Below, piece after piece: positions 12,620 to 64,000 of a stretch of 64,000 nt of DNA. Location of the stretch: positions 62,001 through 126,000 of the forward strand of contig JAWMAR010000079.1 of NCBI GenBank assembly GCA_036785375.1, written 5' to 3'. The notes beneath the pieces were generated by a model. That model saw nothing but the letters and a program-made list of their open reading frames with translations, did not search any database and had not been told where the DNA came from. The position numbers and the translations under genes were made by a program. This DNA comes from Leucoraja ocellata (taxonomy: Eukaryota). The first letter of the stretch is position 1; every line of letters starts with the position of its first letter.

Positions 12620-13150
12620 GAACTCACCAGGTAAGGCAATATCTGTGGAAGGAATGAACAGACGATATTTTGGGTCTAGACCCTTTTTTATTGTCGGGGT
12701 CCCAGCTTGATCAATTGGCAATGTTGTCGCAGATCTCGTCATGGGGGTGGTCGAAATCACGTTGATCCAGCGGTGAGGCCTTCTGCCTGGGGGCGGAAGA
12801 CAGCATCAGTAGGAGGGTCCCATCTGGAGACGGGCGAGCTTGCAAACCCTGGTGGATGTCAAGTAAATGAAGAAATACTGATTTAAGTGTGGAACCAGCG
12901 GGGGAAGAAAAGGAGCAGAGGTCCATGGCACTTCTGGAAGAGTGAGGCCCGGAACACTGGGAGTGGCTGATGGAGGAGCAGAAAGTACTGGTGCATGGCG
13001 AAGAGTATAGAATGCAGTGCAAGGAGGAAGACCACTTGCAAGAAGTGGTGTATTAAGTTAGGTACCTTAGATCCTGGTTGGGTCTGAACTGGGACCCCAT
13101 GGAATTGGAGCTGGTCCCCCAACGTAACCTGTTCCCCAAAGTAAGATTCC
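12620..13150 (-). mobile_element. Decayed Penelope-like element: terminal repeat plus ORF N-terminal fragment
   Basis: Repeat-family motif at 12620-12690; peptide LLALHSILFAMHQY..QKCHGP..RWFHT recalls the N-terminal part of vertebrate Penelope ORFs (recognised from memory). Confidence 0.4.
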
Positions 13151-14103
13151 ACCACTCCCCTACCTCTTCCAGCACTGGACTAAAAAAAATTCAATTGCAC
13201 TTCCCCTGCCTCCGCCAGCAATTCCAATTCAAATTCCACTTCCCCTGGCCCCACCCCCTCCCGTGCTGGTAGGAGTAAGTGTTCTATGATGGCAACGTTG
13301 TTGCTACAATACAATACAATACGGTTTTATTCGTCACATTGCACATAAAGTGCAAGTGAAATGAATTTGCCAGCAGTGGTACAATGATAAAGAACACACA
13401 AATACACAATAAAAAAATTTAACACAAACAATCCACCACAGCATTCATCACTGTGGTGGAAGGCAGAAAAATTGGCCAGTCCTCCTCCACTTTCCCCCCG
13501 TGGTTGGGACCTCGCTGCGGACGTCCAGATGTGCAGACAAGGTAAAAAGTCAGATGCAGTGGCAGAAATCACTTTTAAAATATGGGGCGGGGGCGGGGTG
13601 GGGGGGACATTGAGGCCTAACATGTACGACAGGGTTTTTTGCAACCTACGGAAGAGGGGGGAGAGAGAGAGCGATAGTGAGAGAGAGAGAACATTTCATA
13701 AATATTTGAATGTCTGTAAAATGCTTTAGCTTGGCTCAAATCATAAAAGGAGAAATAAAAATGTGTCTATTGCATTCAATTTTTATTATTGTATTTTTTA
13801 TTTTCTTTGTACGAGGAACCTGTGCCAACTTGACATGTCGTTACAGTGACACCCTCCCACTTATAGAACTGCTATAACCACGACTCCTACTGTGGAGGAG
13901 GGGGATGGGTGTTAATTACACTGCAATGTTCCAATTGCAGTTTCTATTGTAAATGTGGAAGTGCGAAGATAAATTTCACAAGCAGAATGCACAGAATTAA
14001 ATTCTTTAATATACAATGATTTGTGTGTCTGCATCTCACTTCAATCTGGCTGAACTTCCCTATTTTGGTAGTGAGATGATGTGAGATTGTATTCCTATGT
14101 ACT

Positions 14104-14741
14104 AAAGGGCGATTTTTTGGGGGGACAGCCACAATCGTAGCAGGTTGCCGAAAAACTGGTGACAGGACCCCCCCCCCCCCCACGACAATGTCTACGACAA
14201 GCTACAGCAACCTACCAACTAGTCGACGTCAAGCTACGGCCAGGTACCGTCAACTGGCGACCCATTAGCACGTCCACCTACGACAACCTATGACAACACA
14301 GGCGACCAGCTACGACAACCAAAGTCAACCTACGTCCACCCGTGACAAGCTACAACAAGCAACGACCCTGTCGGCGACAATTGAAGACAACTGAAGACAA
14401 TTCAGTCGCCGGTACCTGTTGCTGGTTTACATAGGTAGTTGCCAATGGAATTCACCGGTCAGCACCCAGCGACAACCAACGTCACCTGGCGACAACCTGC
14501 GTCATCCTGGTGACAACCTATGACAGCACCTGCAACAGTAGAAGACAAGCTACGTCAAGCCCATAGTTGCCAAAAAGTTTTGAACATTTTAAAATCCAGC
14601 GGCGACCAGAAAAACATTACGACTCTTCAGGCAACCTCCAGAGACTGCTTACCACCATACAGGCGTCACCCCGCGACCATGTGGCGACAGCCTAGTCGCC
14701 TGTAGTCACCGAAAAAATCACTTAAGTGGGACAGGCCCTTA
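14104..14741. mobile_element. PIF/Harbinger-like non-autonomous DNA transposon
   Basis: Right end AAAAAATCACTTAAGTGGGACAGGCCCT|TAA; left end TAAAGGGC..GATTTTTT (partly deleted TIR); internal (CGACAACCTA/CGACAAGCTA)-like repeats. Confidence 0.6.
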
Positions 14742-15361
14742 AGGGTGTGGTATTTGCCTGAAGCTACCAGCGATAGCTATGGATCAGAATAACTGGGAGA
14801 TGAGTGCATTTAATAGCTGGCTGCTCTCAGGAGAAGCCATCAATGCTGACCAGAACCCAGAGCCTTGGATACCGGAGATCCCTCATCTACCCTCTGAAGC
14901 CAATCATTGTTAAATGGAGTGTTATCCATGGTGTCATCATTCAATGAGGATCTTTGCAGCTTTTAATGGAGAAATGGTTCTCTGTTAGGTGTAGTCCACT
15001 TTGAACATTCTACAGTAAGTTTGAAGTCTGTGACTCAAGTCAATAAAACATCTCTCTAAATAGACCCATACAACAAGATAGCGTGATGTTCCATGAATGA
15101 TTGACAAAGCTCATAAGTGTCACCCAGAAGTTCTAGGTTACGTTGGTAGGTAAGCATTCCCAATGGGTACAATTTCACCTGGAGATGACATGCGTGTGAT
15201 CTAAACCAGGTAATATTGTCGTAAAACATGTTATGTATATAAGAAGGGGGACAAATGCATTTCAATTTCTAGATAATCAGCTTCAAGCTCATACACCTGA
15301 GAGCCTGTACAACATTGTTAGAAACTCCACTGACTTCAGGCATTCATGCAAAACAGGAAGG

Positions 15362-15677
15362 GTGCATTGTGTCACACCTGGCAGAGCTGCCATCTCACAG
15401 TGCCAGAAACCCAGGTTTAATCCTGCCCTTGGATGTTGTCGGTGGGGAGTTTGCATACTCTCGTATGGGTTTCATCTGCATCCTCCGATTCCCTACCACA
15501 TCCCAGAGACGTGTGGACTTATGGTTCAATAGGCCTCAGTAAGTAGCCCCGAGTATGTAGAGTGAATCTGAAAGTGGGATAACATAGAACTAGTGTGAAC
15601 GGGCAATCAAGGGTTGGTGTGGACACAGTTGGTCGAAGGGCCTGTTTCCATGCTCTATCTCTAAAAAAAACTAAACT
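15362..15677 (+). mobile_element. HE1-like V-SINE (diverged)
   Basis: Same head/V-domain/tail layout as 8272-8570; ends GGGCCTGTTTCCATGCTCTATCTCTAAA. Confidence 0.75.
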
Positions 15678-17849
15678 ACCAAGGTAAGTGTAATGACATT
15701 GTGAAAAAAATAGCTACCATATTTTATTTAGATTTAATGATTTTTCTTGGGAAAATTATTACACATGGAATGATATATTTACAGAAGAATTTGCCAGTGT
15801 TATTACAAATCTGCAAGTCAATTAAAGATCAAAATTGCACGATAAAATTTTAACGTGGGAATAGGCCAATTGGCCCAACCTCCATACCAACCACTTCCAA
15901 AATCATTGCATCACCCAGCACTTGCTCTATAGCTGTCTAAGCCTAAACAATTCAAGTGCTCATCTGGACACTGCTCATCTTCACACTGCTCTCAGCTACC
16001 CAGTCTGTGCTAGTGCTTATTTCCCACAAGAGTAGCAGCAACAATTTGTAGTGGCAATGATGTAGGAAAGCAGCTTAGTATGCTTGACTTGATCAGACAG
16101 CTGATTACTTGAGGACATATTAGGATATGTGATCAAAAATCTGGTTAACATTCTGAGATGTTTGGATTATCTCAGAGAAAGTGAAGGAGGCAGCAATGTT
16201 TAGGGAGGGAGTTGAGGGCTCAGGCAGATGAGAGTGGCTGCTCCTGCGGTGAACTCATTAAGCTCAAAGCTGTACAAAACGGCAGACTCATCCGAGCCCA
16301 ATGATCTCAGAGTATGACAGGAATTGAGGAGTAAGGTGCTGGGAGGAGTGAAACCATTGTGAGTTTTGAAAACAAAAAGCAAGAGTATTTTAACGCAGAA
16401 TTTGCTGGGCCTAGAGCAGTCATCAAGAGTGTTTAATTGTCATATGTACTGACAACGGAATTCTTATTTGCTGAGTGTATTGGGCCTATAAATGCAATAA
16501 CACACATATAGTATATAATAATCTACAATAAATTAATAACCGTAATACAAAATAAACATAATGGCGCAAAACCAAAGTCTATAGTGCAACAAAGATAGTC
16601 CATAGAAATTCTGAGCTGCTACTGTTAGTGTTGTACAGTGTTCAAGAGGTTGATTGTTGCTAAGAAGCCGTTCTTCAACCTAGTTGTTACGGTTTTCAGG
16701 CTCTTGCACATTCTTCCTATTATAGTACCAGAATGAGAGCGTGAACGGGGATATATATATATATATGATATATATCTATCATATATCCCTGATGATATTA
16801 GGGATGATATACATGACACTAATATTATCAGTGCTCATTTATGGGGTCTTTTATGATATTAGCTGTCTTTTTAAGGTAGCGCCTCCTATAGACTCCTTCA
16901 GTTGTGGGGAGGTCAGTACCTGTGATGGACTGGCTACTGTCTGCCATCCTGTAGAATAGACCAGTGATGGGTTAATGGTGCAAGTTAGGAGGCAGCAGCT
17001 GCGCCTAATCCCCATGCTAGCTCTATCCTGTCTCCATCAATTTTTGTTTTCTTCAACCACCTACCCATCTATTAGATGCTGACAGTGCCACTGCTTCAAT
17101 CAGTCTCGTGATCCTTTGAGGAAAGGGCTGTTTAAATCTGATGATGATTGGATGTTTCCAAGGCACCCACCAATCTCACAGTAAGTGCATTTTGACATTG
17201 GTGTGAAGGACCACATTTTTCAACTTGCTATTCTTGATGTAATGAATATTTCAAATGATCATGCTTGCTTAGCTAATCTATGCTAATGAACCTTAGTAAT
17301 AGACTGTAACAGCCAGTCATTATTCCACATCAGACTTTTTATTGGAAGTAGTGTTTAACAGCTCCCAGAGAAATCCTTGGAGATTCATAATTTTTTTATT
17401 TCCCTTTGTTGTAGATGTTAATTCATTGGAGAGTTCTGAATAATCATTGAGAAAACCATAACCTTTCCTGTCAGATTATTGTCAATACCACTCAAGGATC
17501 AACTCTCCTCCTGTGTGACAAGTTATACCAACCTTGTGTGAATACCAACAAGGTCACACTTAGAATATTGTGGAGATTTAAGGATTGGAGCAAATGCAGA
17601 AAACAAGAGGACCAGTTTTACAATTATGAGGAGAGTCACAAAACTGAGCTGATTTATTTCAGTAGGAAGAAGACTGAAGACAGATCTAGACGTGATGGGA
17701 GTGGGATATGCCCAAATAGATGTGATTTTATGCTTCTTTCTAAAGCAATCCTTTGGGATTGAGGGCGATTTACTTCCACTCTGGTTCTGTGCACACTCTG
17801 GTGGCTGATAAGGCCAATGTTGGAACCACAGACTATTCCACAGGGCATA

Positions 17850-18880
17850 GAGTTTATTGTCATGTATCCCAGATAGGACAATGAAATTCTTGCTTTGCTT
17901 CAGCACAACAGAATATTGCAAGCATAAATAATACAGAACAGATCAGTGTGTCCATATACCAGTGAATATTATGCACATACACACATAAATAAGCATATAA
18001 AGTGCAGTAGGCTAATTAAAGTTCAGATTTTGTTTGAGTTTAATTTAATAGTCTGATGGCTGTGGGGAAGCAGCTATTCCTGAACCTGGTTGTTGCAGAT
18101 TTCAGGCTCCTGTACCTTCTACCTGAAGGCAGTGGAGAGAAGAGTGTGTGGCCAGGATGGTGTGGGTCCTAGATGATGCTGCCAGCCTTTTTGAGGCAGT
18201 GACTGTGGTAGATCCCCTCGATGGTAGGGAGGTCAAAGCCGATGATGGACTGGGCAGTGTTTACAACTTTTTCAGTCTTTTCCGCTCCTGGGCGCACAAG
18301 TTGCCGAACCAACCCATGATGCAACCGGTCAGCCGGCTCTCTACTGTGCACCTGTAGAAGTTCGAGAGAGTCCTCCTCGACATACCGACTCTCCGTAATC
18401 TTCTCAGGAAGTAGAGGCGCTGATGTGCTTTCTTTATAATTGCTCAGTTCTGGGACCAGGAGAGATCTTCGGAAAAATGCACGCCCAGGTATTTGAAGCT
18501 CTTGACCCTTTCCACCATTGACCCGTTGATATAAACGAGACTGTGGGTCCCCATCATACCCCTTCCAAAGTCCACAATCAGTTCCTTCGTTTTGCTGGTG
18601 TTGAGAGCCAGGTTATTGTGCTGGCATCATTTGGTCAGGCGGTCGATCTCACTTCTATACTGACTCAGTGATATTTCCCACAATAGTGGTGTCGTCGGTG
18701 AACTTGATGATGGAGTTCGCACTGTGTCCAGCTTACACAGTTATGAGTATAGAGTGAGGACAGCAGGGGGCTGAGCACGCAGCCTTGAGGTGCTCCCGTG
18801 CTGATTGTTATCGAGCCTGACACATTTCCACCAATGCGAAAAGACTGTGGTGTGTGAATGAGGAAGTCAAGGATCCAATT
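17850..18880 (-). mobile_element. Rex1/Babar-type LINE 3' portion
   Basis: Minus-strand RT remnants KFTDDTT..., NLALNTSKTKELIVDF, KVVNTAQSIIG..LP, CLKKAGSII; matching 3' UTR. Confidence 0.75.
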
Positions 18881-19370
18881 ACTACAATGTGGAAACAGGC
18901 CCTTCGGCCCAACTTGCCCACACCGGCCAAAATGTTCCAGCTACATTAGTCCCACCTGTCACCATTTGATCCATATCCCTCCAAACCTGTCCATTCCATG
19001 TACACGTCGAACTGTTTCTTAAATGTTGGGATAGTCCCTGCCTCAACTACCTCCTCTGGCAGCTTGTTCCATACATCCACTACCCTTTGTGTGAAAATGT
19101 TACCCCTCAGATTCCTATTAAATATTTTCCCCTTCATCTTAAACCTATGTCCTCTGGTCCTCGATTCACCTACTCTGGGCAAGAGACACTATGGTCTACC
19201 CAATCTATTCCTCTCATGGTCTTATCCACCTCTATAAGATCACCCCTCATTCTCCTGCGCTCCAAGAAATAGAGCCCCAGCCTACTCAACCTCTGTCTAT
19301 AGCTCAGACCCTCTAGTCCTGGCAACATCCTTGTAAATCTTCTCTATACCCTTTCCAGCTTGACAACATC
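18881..19370 (-). mobile_element. CR1 LINE 3' end
   Basis: ORF 18946-19182 SRTRGHRFKMKG..NLRGNIFTQRVVDVWNKLPEEVVEA..FKKQFD is the classic CR1 ORF2 C-terminus. Confidence 0.9.
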
Positions 19371-19736
19371 TTGTGGTACTTTTTAGTTTTTTTGTTGTCT
19401 TTTTAAAAAAATTGTAGAATTTATGTGCAATTTATATGTTTGTACATCTGAGTTTATATGCCCGTGTTGCTGCTGCAAGCAAAAAAAATCATTATACCTG
19501 TACTTCACTCTGCTTGTGCATTTAATAAAAAACTTGATTTGACTTAATAAACCCACATTCTTGCAGAGATCATTCAGACTCTGTTGTTTCCAATATGACA
19601 TTCAAAGAACTTAACGAGCACCTTGTCAAGTAAAACATGGTAGTGTCACTTTTTCAGTGAGCACGAGTTATCTTTCAGTTGTTAATAGAGTTCACCTGGC
19701 ATTGTTTACCTAGCTGCCTTGATAAGGCTCAATATA

Positions 19737-19825
19737 CAGTCTGAAGAAGGGTCTCGACCCGAAACGTCACCCATTCTTTCTCTCCAGTGATGCTGCCTGT
19801 CCCGCTGAGTTACTCCAGCATTTTG
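19737..19825 (+). mobile_element. Penelope-type repeat with best-preserved minimal hammerhead-like core
   Basis: CAGT CTGAAGA A GGGT CTCG ACCC GAAA CG TC ACC at 19737-19771. Confidence 0.7.
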
Positions 19826-20020
19826 TTTTTTTTTTATATTTCAAAATAGACTTTATTCGAGAAATAAATATATACAATACATGATCCTTACAAATCTCCA
19901 CCGACATTCTCGGAGGCTATACATACATACAATAGTTTCCCCAAATCACAAATTTATCCCCCCCACCTTGCCACTCATGTGACCCACTGGCGTGGAATCC
20001 CCTCCCTTATTTTGAGGGTC
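19826..20020 (-). mobile_element. Poly(A)-tailed retroelement 3' end (L1/Tx1-like)
   Basis: Minus strand AATAAA followed by an A-run; truncates the adjacent repeat. Confidence 0.4.
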
Positions 20021-21174
20021 GAAGCCCATACATTGACCAGGTGTAGAACAGGAGCTGGATTTAGGATGCTGGAGAAATCAGGAGCAGTGTCTCCGACATT
20101 GCACATGTTTTCGGTCAGTTGACCATGTGACCACTCAAACTTGTTCTGTCATTTTGATAAGATCATGGCTGATCTAGTTGTAACTGTGATTGCATGAAAG
20201 TATGGTAGAAGATTGTTTGCTGTTGCGTTTTGCACAAGGTAAGACCTGATAAATGGGCTGACCTGGATGCTTGCAGGGGAAGGCATAGGCCCACATCTGA
20301 ACGGATTCCTTCTGTTTTTTTCTAACTGCACTTCTCAAGTGCTTCGCTCAGTATAAAGCCTTAGGTTTAAATGTATGATTCCCATGTCCATCGTAATGAT
20401 CACATTTCTATTATTTCCCACAATCGCATTAGAATGGAGATTTCCTATGTCAACATGTCACGCTGCGACCACACTCCCCCTGTTGGCCACATGGGAGGGA
20501 ACTATGTTTACAGCATTTCAAATACAGTGCAGATTTGGACACAACGTTAATCTTGGGGAATAGTGACATTTGGTGAACGCAAAATGTCAGAAAATGGGGA
20601 TCACAGTAATCCACTTTATAGACTTATCAATTGAACATCCGAAGTTTTGGCGTCTAGCGTGTCTTTTTTCAAGTGAAATTGCGCAGTTACCGTTTACATT
20701 TCCCAATTTACATCGTTTGTAATTATTTATTTCCTGGTTTAGCACCCTGTCCTCCAGCAACAGCTATTCCGCGGTCGTGAGGTTGGCTCTGGCGAGCTCT
20801 GAGCACTCAGCTGAAGCGCTGACGCATTTCCGAGGCGGGGGGGGGGGGGGGGGGGGGGATGTGTAGCGGCCGGCTGCGGGCAACTGGATACAAAGAGGCG
20901 GGCGGGCGGCAGAAACAGCAACAGCAGCCACTTGCTACACTTGTGGCGGCACGACGGGCGGAGGGAGACAGCGCACGGATCGGGTCTGGGGAAGGCGGCG
21001 CCTCCGTGATCCGCCGGCAACACAGGCGGAACTGAGATTGTGAAGCAGGAGGGACGGGAGAGGTCGGCTCGGCTCGGCGGCAGGAGGGGCGACGCTCGTA
21101 CCCACACGTGTGTGTACACGCAGGGCAGCACCCAGCTCCGACAGCGCTCAGGCCAGCACCCAACCTCGGTCACC

Positions 21175-49042
<27,868 letters not shown>

Positions 49043-50822
49043 ATCACTTGTGCCGCTAAACCACTGTTGTCTTTGTGCAGCAAACTGATGGATGTTTCTG
49101 CTGATGTTACCTCATCAATAACCCTTTATCCCATTATATATTTAAAGAGATGTATTTACATTTTTAAAGGAATGATGTCTGTTAAAATTTAACTGCCCTT
49201 CTTAAATTTTAGTATTTGCTAATGGGTATAGATAGCAAGTTGGTCTTATTTTGGGGTCAGTGCCACGAGGGAATGAGTTGAGGCAAGCTGACTTTTTAAA
49301 GGGATGGTACTAAACTATTGCACACAAATTTTGTGGATAATTATGGAAACGCCTTGCTACTTGCAGACCCATAACTCATCATTTTAAAGAGAGGGTCTGC
49401 TGGTCCCTAGGTGGCACTTGTAGAACGCTCTGAATACTTACTAATATATACACTGCACTACATGTAGAGAAACTGGAATCTCGAGTTCAGTGATACATTC
49501 TAATTTATTTCCACTGCAAGCCTCAACATGTTCCCAAAAGTGTGGCATGTTATCTGCTCACTAGTGTCACTCTAAAAACAGGAGATGGATGGGTGGAGGG
49601 AACTGAAATTAGAATTCTTATCTCAACATTTGCTTCAAATCAGCCAGACTGACTATAAGCTTAGGAATTCCATGAGAGCCTGTTACTAAGAGGGTTGAAT
49701 TGAGCTGCAATTCCTCCACACTTGCCTTTTGGGTTTTCAGTACAAACTGGGGAGGTGGAGGAGTGTGATAGTACTGCAGCATTTGAGACCAAATGGTGCA
49801 CCCAACCTCTAGCAGTTCAGTGGCTTTCCTGCAAAGGTAGGATTCCTGCCTGACAGCTTAAGGCATGATAGCTCGTCTGATTCTTTAGCAAAAGGAATTG
49901 ATCGAAAGCTTGCACACATGCTCGAGAAAAGCCCAGTTCAGAGGGGCAATTACATGCTCTTGCTACATGTTCTTGCTGCTGTCTTCCTTTCTCTCATTGT
50001 GGGGTCAATTAGATTATTCTGTTCAAGATGAAGCCTGGCCCAATTATTGCTACAATGCCCTAAAGGTACTTTAGACAAACTCGATCACAGCAAAGGACAG
50101 CAGCAGAACAGTGCAAAAGGCAAAACATTCTGGACTGAGACAATGTCGGAAATACTTGTGACCAGCACTGGGAGGTATGTACCAAATTTTAAGCACGTGC
50201 AGTGTTAAAAGGATGAGAAAGGAATGGCACAGTGCATGAATGAGATAATTATGTTTGAGTGAATTTAGTGGACCATAAATGGCAGTAATTGAATCCATAA
50301 CAATAACTAAGGCCAGAAACTGATAATTTATTGAGTACAGAAGGCTGTAGGATTCTATCAAAACATACAAATGTTTTCCTTGAGTTTATTAACATATAAG
50401 AGGCAGTGATTAGAATTAATGGATGGCACTGCCTGCTGTACCACGTTGGAATAAGGAAGAGATGGGCTCAGTCACTTTTACATTTGGTCAAAGGCACTAA
50501 GTTTTGGGTATTACCTTTTCTTTGGCATAACCTGCTGTGTGCCTCAAGTTATGTACCTATGCAGTGAATTTTGTACTTGAGCTGGATTATAAAATCGAAG
50601 AACATTGATTTCCATTCCCACAGTTCCTCCAGCTGTGTTTTTGCTCATTAATTTCTCAGTTGAGTTAAAGCCAGAGATTAATCTTTCTAGCACAGCCCCT
50701 ATTTCCATCGCTCCAAGTTGTTCAATTACCCCCCACAAAACAGATTCATATAATTTTACTACATTATGGAATGTAGTTACGCGGGCTTGCATTATCAATT
50801 GAGTATCACATGAAGTAATTTC

Positions 50823-50828
50823 AATAAA
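50823..50828 (+). terminator. Candidate MAP2K1 polyadenylation signal AATAAA
   Basis: Canonical hexamer ~1.8 kb after the stop, with GT/T-rich sequence downstream. Confidence 0.45.
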
Positions 50829-52673
50829 ATTGGCTGTGCTTGAGGGCAAACTTTTGATTAGTCTGGATTGACAGTTAAAACTGACTTAAACGCTGTCAGT
50901 TTTACATTCATAGAATACTGTTCTCACCAACCGTGGAGCAAATAGGATCTCTATGGGAATTTCAAAGTCATTAGTACTTTAACCAATTAACAATCATTAA
51001 TTTGTAAAGCAAAACATTGAAGTAGAAATGTACATTCCTATTTGTAGTCGGTGAGCAGATATCTTGTACATTGATTAATTCAGCTGCTATAGCCATAAGA
51101 TGGCCATCCTTCACTCAATAGCTATAGGTTCTTGCCCAGTTGTTTATCAGGTGCACAACTAGCCCTCAGTGGTGTAAATGTGCATGGGTAAAGTAATGCT
51201 CCAGATTAATATTCCATCTTTATTTTGATATTGGCATTAGGAAGCAAGTGCATTTGGTACAACTCAACTGCTCTACATTGCTGAGGCCCCTGCCACTCCT
51301 TTGCTATGAATCTTAATGTATTTTAAAGTGCTTTAGTACTGATGTTGAAAAAAAAAATCAGTATAACACATTGGAAGCTCTCTGGGGATCAAATGTGCAG
51401 TACATTAAATCAGACTATCTTTCTTTTAGACCACGTGTAATCAGTGAGAAAATATTGACTGCTAAAATGGTGTGAATCAAGTGTGCAATTCAAACCCTCA
51501 ACCTGTGTTCTTGCTAAAGTTTTCACCATTAAAGTCTATTGTTGCAATTAAGTGTTCTTAGTATTTTTACATTTCTTTCCATATCTAGATGTTGCTGCTT
51601 TTGAAAGCTAATTTGGGAAAACAAAATTTTCTAGGTTTGTTGATAGGTTGCTGATCCAAAATATTTGCTTACTCATTCCAGAATTGTGAATTTTCAGTGA
51701 CTGCTTTATTTTCCTGTGTCAACTAAAATACACAGTGGAGGTTTTGTTACAGTATGAGATTACCCCTAGTGGACACGCTTCAAAGAAATTCAATAATGTG
51801 TAAATACCCCACAAGTTCATAGGAATTTCTGGCCTCAACAACTCAAAATGGAGAAAGCAAATCAGTGTGGTGTTAATGAAATAGGAAAACCTGGCTCCAC
51901 ATTTATCACCATTAAATATCATGGCCACTACCTCATGCTGCAACTTTCCTTTAAAAAAGTTATGTAGTGTCACTGGAGAACATGGATTGATGATGTTTTA
52001 GGTTGGGACCTTTCAGTAAACAGTGATTTATTTTTTGTGAAATGGGCACTGGAGTGAAGAAAGGAAGCCAGATGAGAGGAGGGACAAAACAAAGCCTGGC
52101 ATGTAATGGGGGTGTGCTTGATAAGCAGATGGTTAGAAAAAGACCAGAGATTGAAAGACAATGAAACAAATCAATCAGGATGTGAAAATCTCAATTTTTC
52201 TGTGCCAGTTCCCATTACCATTAAGTCCCTGATATTTTGAATACGTTATCCATCTTCTAATATACCTCCATCGATAGTTTCCGCAACCCACCTGGGTAGG
52301 TAATGCCAGATTCACCACCTGCTGTAGAAAAATTGTTTTAAATGACTACCCCCTGGTATCCATTTGTTTTAAGAATGTATGCCGGCAACACTAGAGAGGG
52401 CAATATGCAAACTAATTTTAAAATATCCTACACTCAAATTGTTTGGCTACAAATACATTACAATTTTGGTTTACATCCACATAGTGCAGAATTATCAAGC
52501 ATTGTCTTCCTGCGCCCCCCCCCCCCATGTGAAATTCTGAATTTTCACTAGTGCTGTTGAGTAAAATGAGGATAGATTTATTAAATACTCCAAGTGCAGA
52601 GCAAAACTTTCTTATGTTGTGTGTAAACAAGATTAATTAAACAGGACAATGCAGAAAATCATTTTTAAATAGA

Positions 52674-52679
52674 TTTATT
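52674..52679 (-). terminator. RPL4 polyadenylation signal AATAAA
   Basis: ~60 nt after the stop codon, giving a short ribosomal-protein-type 3'UTR. Confidence 0.8.
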
Positions 52680-52737
52680 TTGATGGATACCATACAGTGA
52701 TGTAAGAACGCATGCCTGTAAATCAGAGGATTTGCAT

Positions 52738-63822
<11,085 letters not shown>

Positions 63823-63825
<3 letters not shown>

Positions 63826-63884
63826 TGTCGCAACTCCTCGGCGCCACACGCGCGGGATGGCGACCTCGGCAGGAAAAGGAAGAA
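63823..63884 (-). promoter_or_regulatory. RPL4: RPL4 exon 1: 5'TOP/TCT start tract and ATG
   Basis: TTCTTCCTTTTCCT (63884-63871), YY1-like CGCCAT, then ATG|gtgcgt (63825-63823); ETS-like ACTTCCG at ~63913; YY1-like AAGATGGCG in intron 1 at ~63653. Confidence 0.88.
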
Positions 63885-64000
63885 CGCCACACCGTCATGC
63901 CGCTAAATGGAGACTTCCGCCAAGTTTTCTTTAGCAGTAACCATTAATAGTTGTGTAACTGCAAGAAGTATGCTTCAAATTAACAGTTCAGACAAAATGT

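Noticed and set aside
14779-14913. 44-codon ATG ORF (MDQNNWEMSAF...)
   Set aside because: Within chance length; no promoter or splice evidence
49974-49980. TGCTGCT miR-15/16 seed match in the MAP2K1 3'UTR
   Set aside because: A single 7-mer is expected by chance; conservation cannot be assessed here

Overview
Eukaryotic genomic DNA, inferred from its repeat content to be a cartilaginous fish (HE1-type V-SINEs, CR1/Rex-Babar/RTE LINEs, Penelope-type repeats). It covers the conserved TIPIN-MAP2K1-RPL4 block. TIPIN is present as its 5' end (minus; coding exons 685-817 and 1-48, promoter about 4.5 kb). MAP2K1/MEK1 is complete (plus, 11 exons, 21175-49042, 393 aa). RPL4 is complete (minus, 10 exons, 63825-52738, 359 aa, 5'TOP). 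RPL4 has a minor-spliceosome (U12) intron 3 and six intronic C/D snoRNAs (2x SNORD16, 4x SNORD18); its intron 2 holds a full-length decayed IR/DR Tc1 transposon nested in a CR1 fragment. The least explained structure is a dispersed family of about 180-410 bp fold-back insertions with 13-15 bp target-site duplications. They carry or invert at a minimal hammerhead-ribozyme-like motif (CUGAAGA-A-GGGUCUCGACCC-GAAACGUC) and appear Penelope-derived. No SNAPC5 was seen between MAP2K1 and RPL4. All calls were made by eye: exon boundaries were counted from the sequence, while repeat boundaries and family names are approximate.
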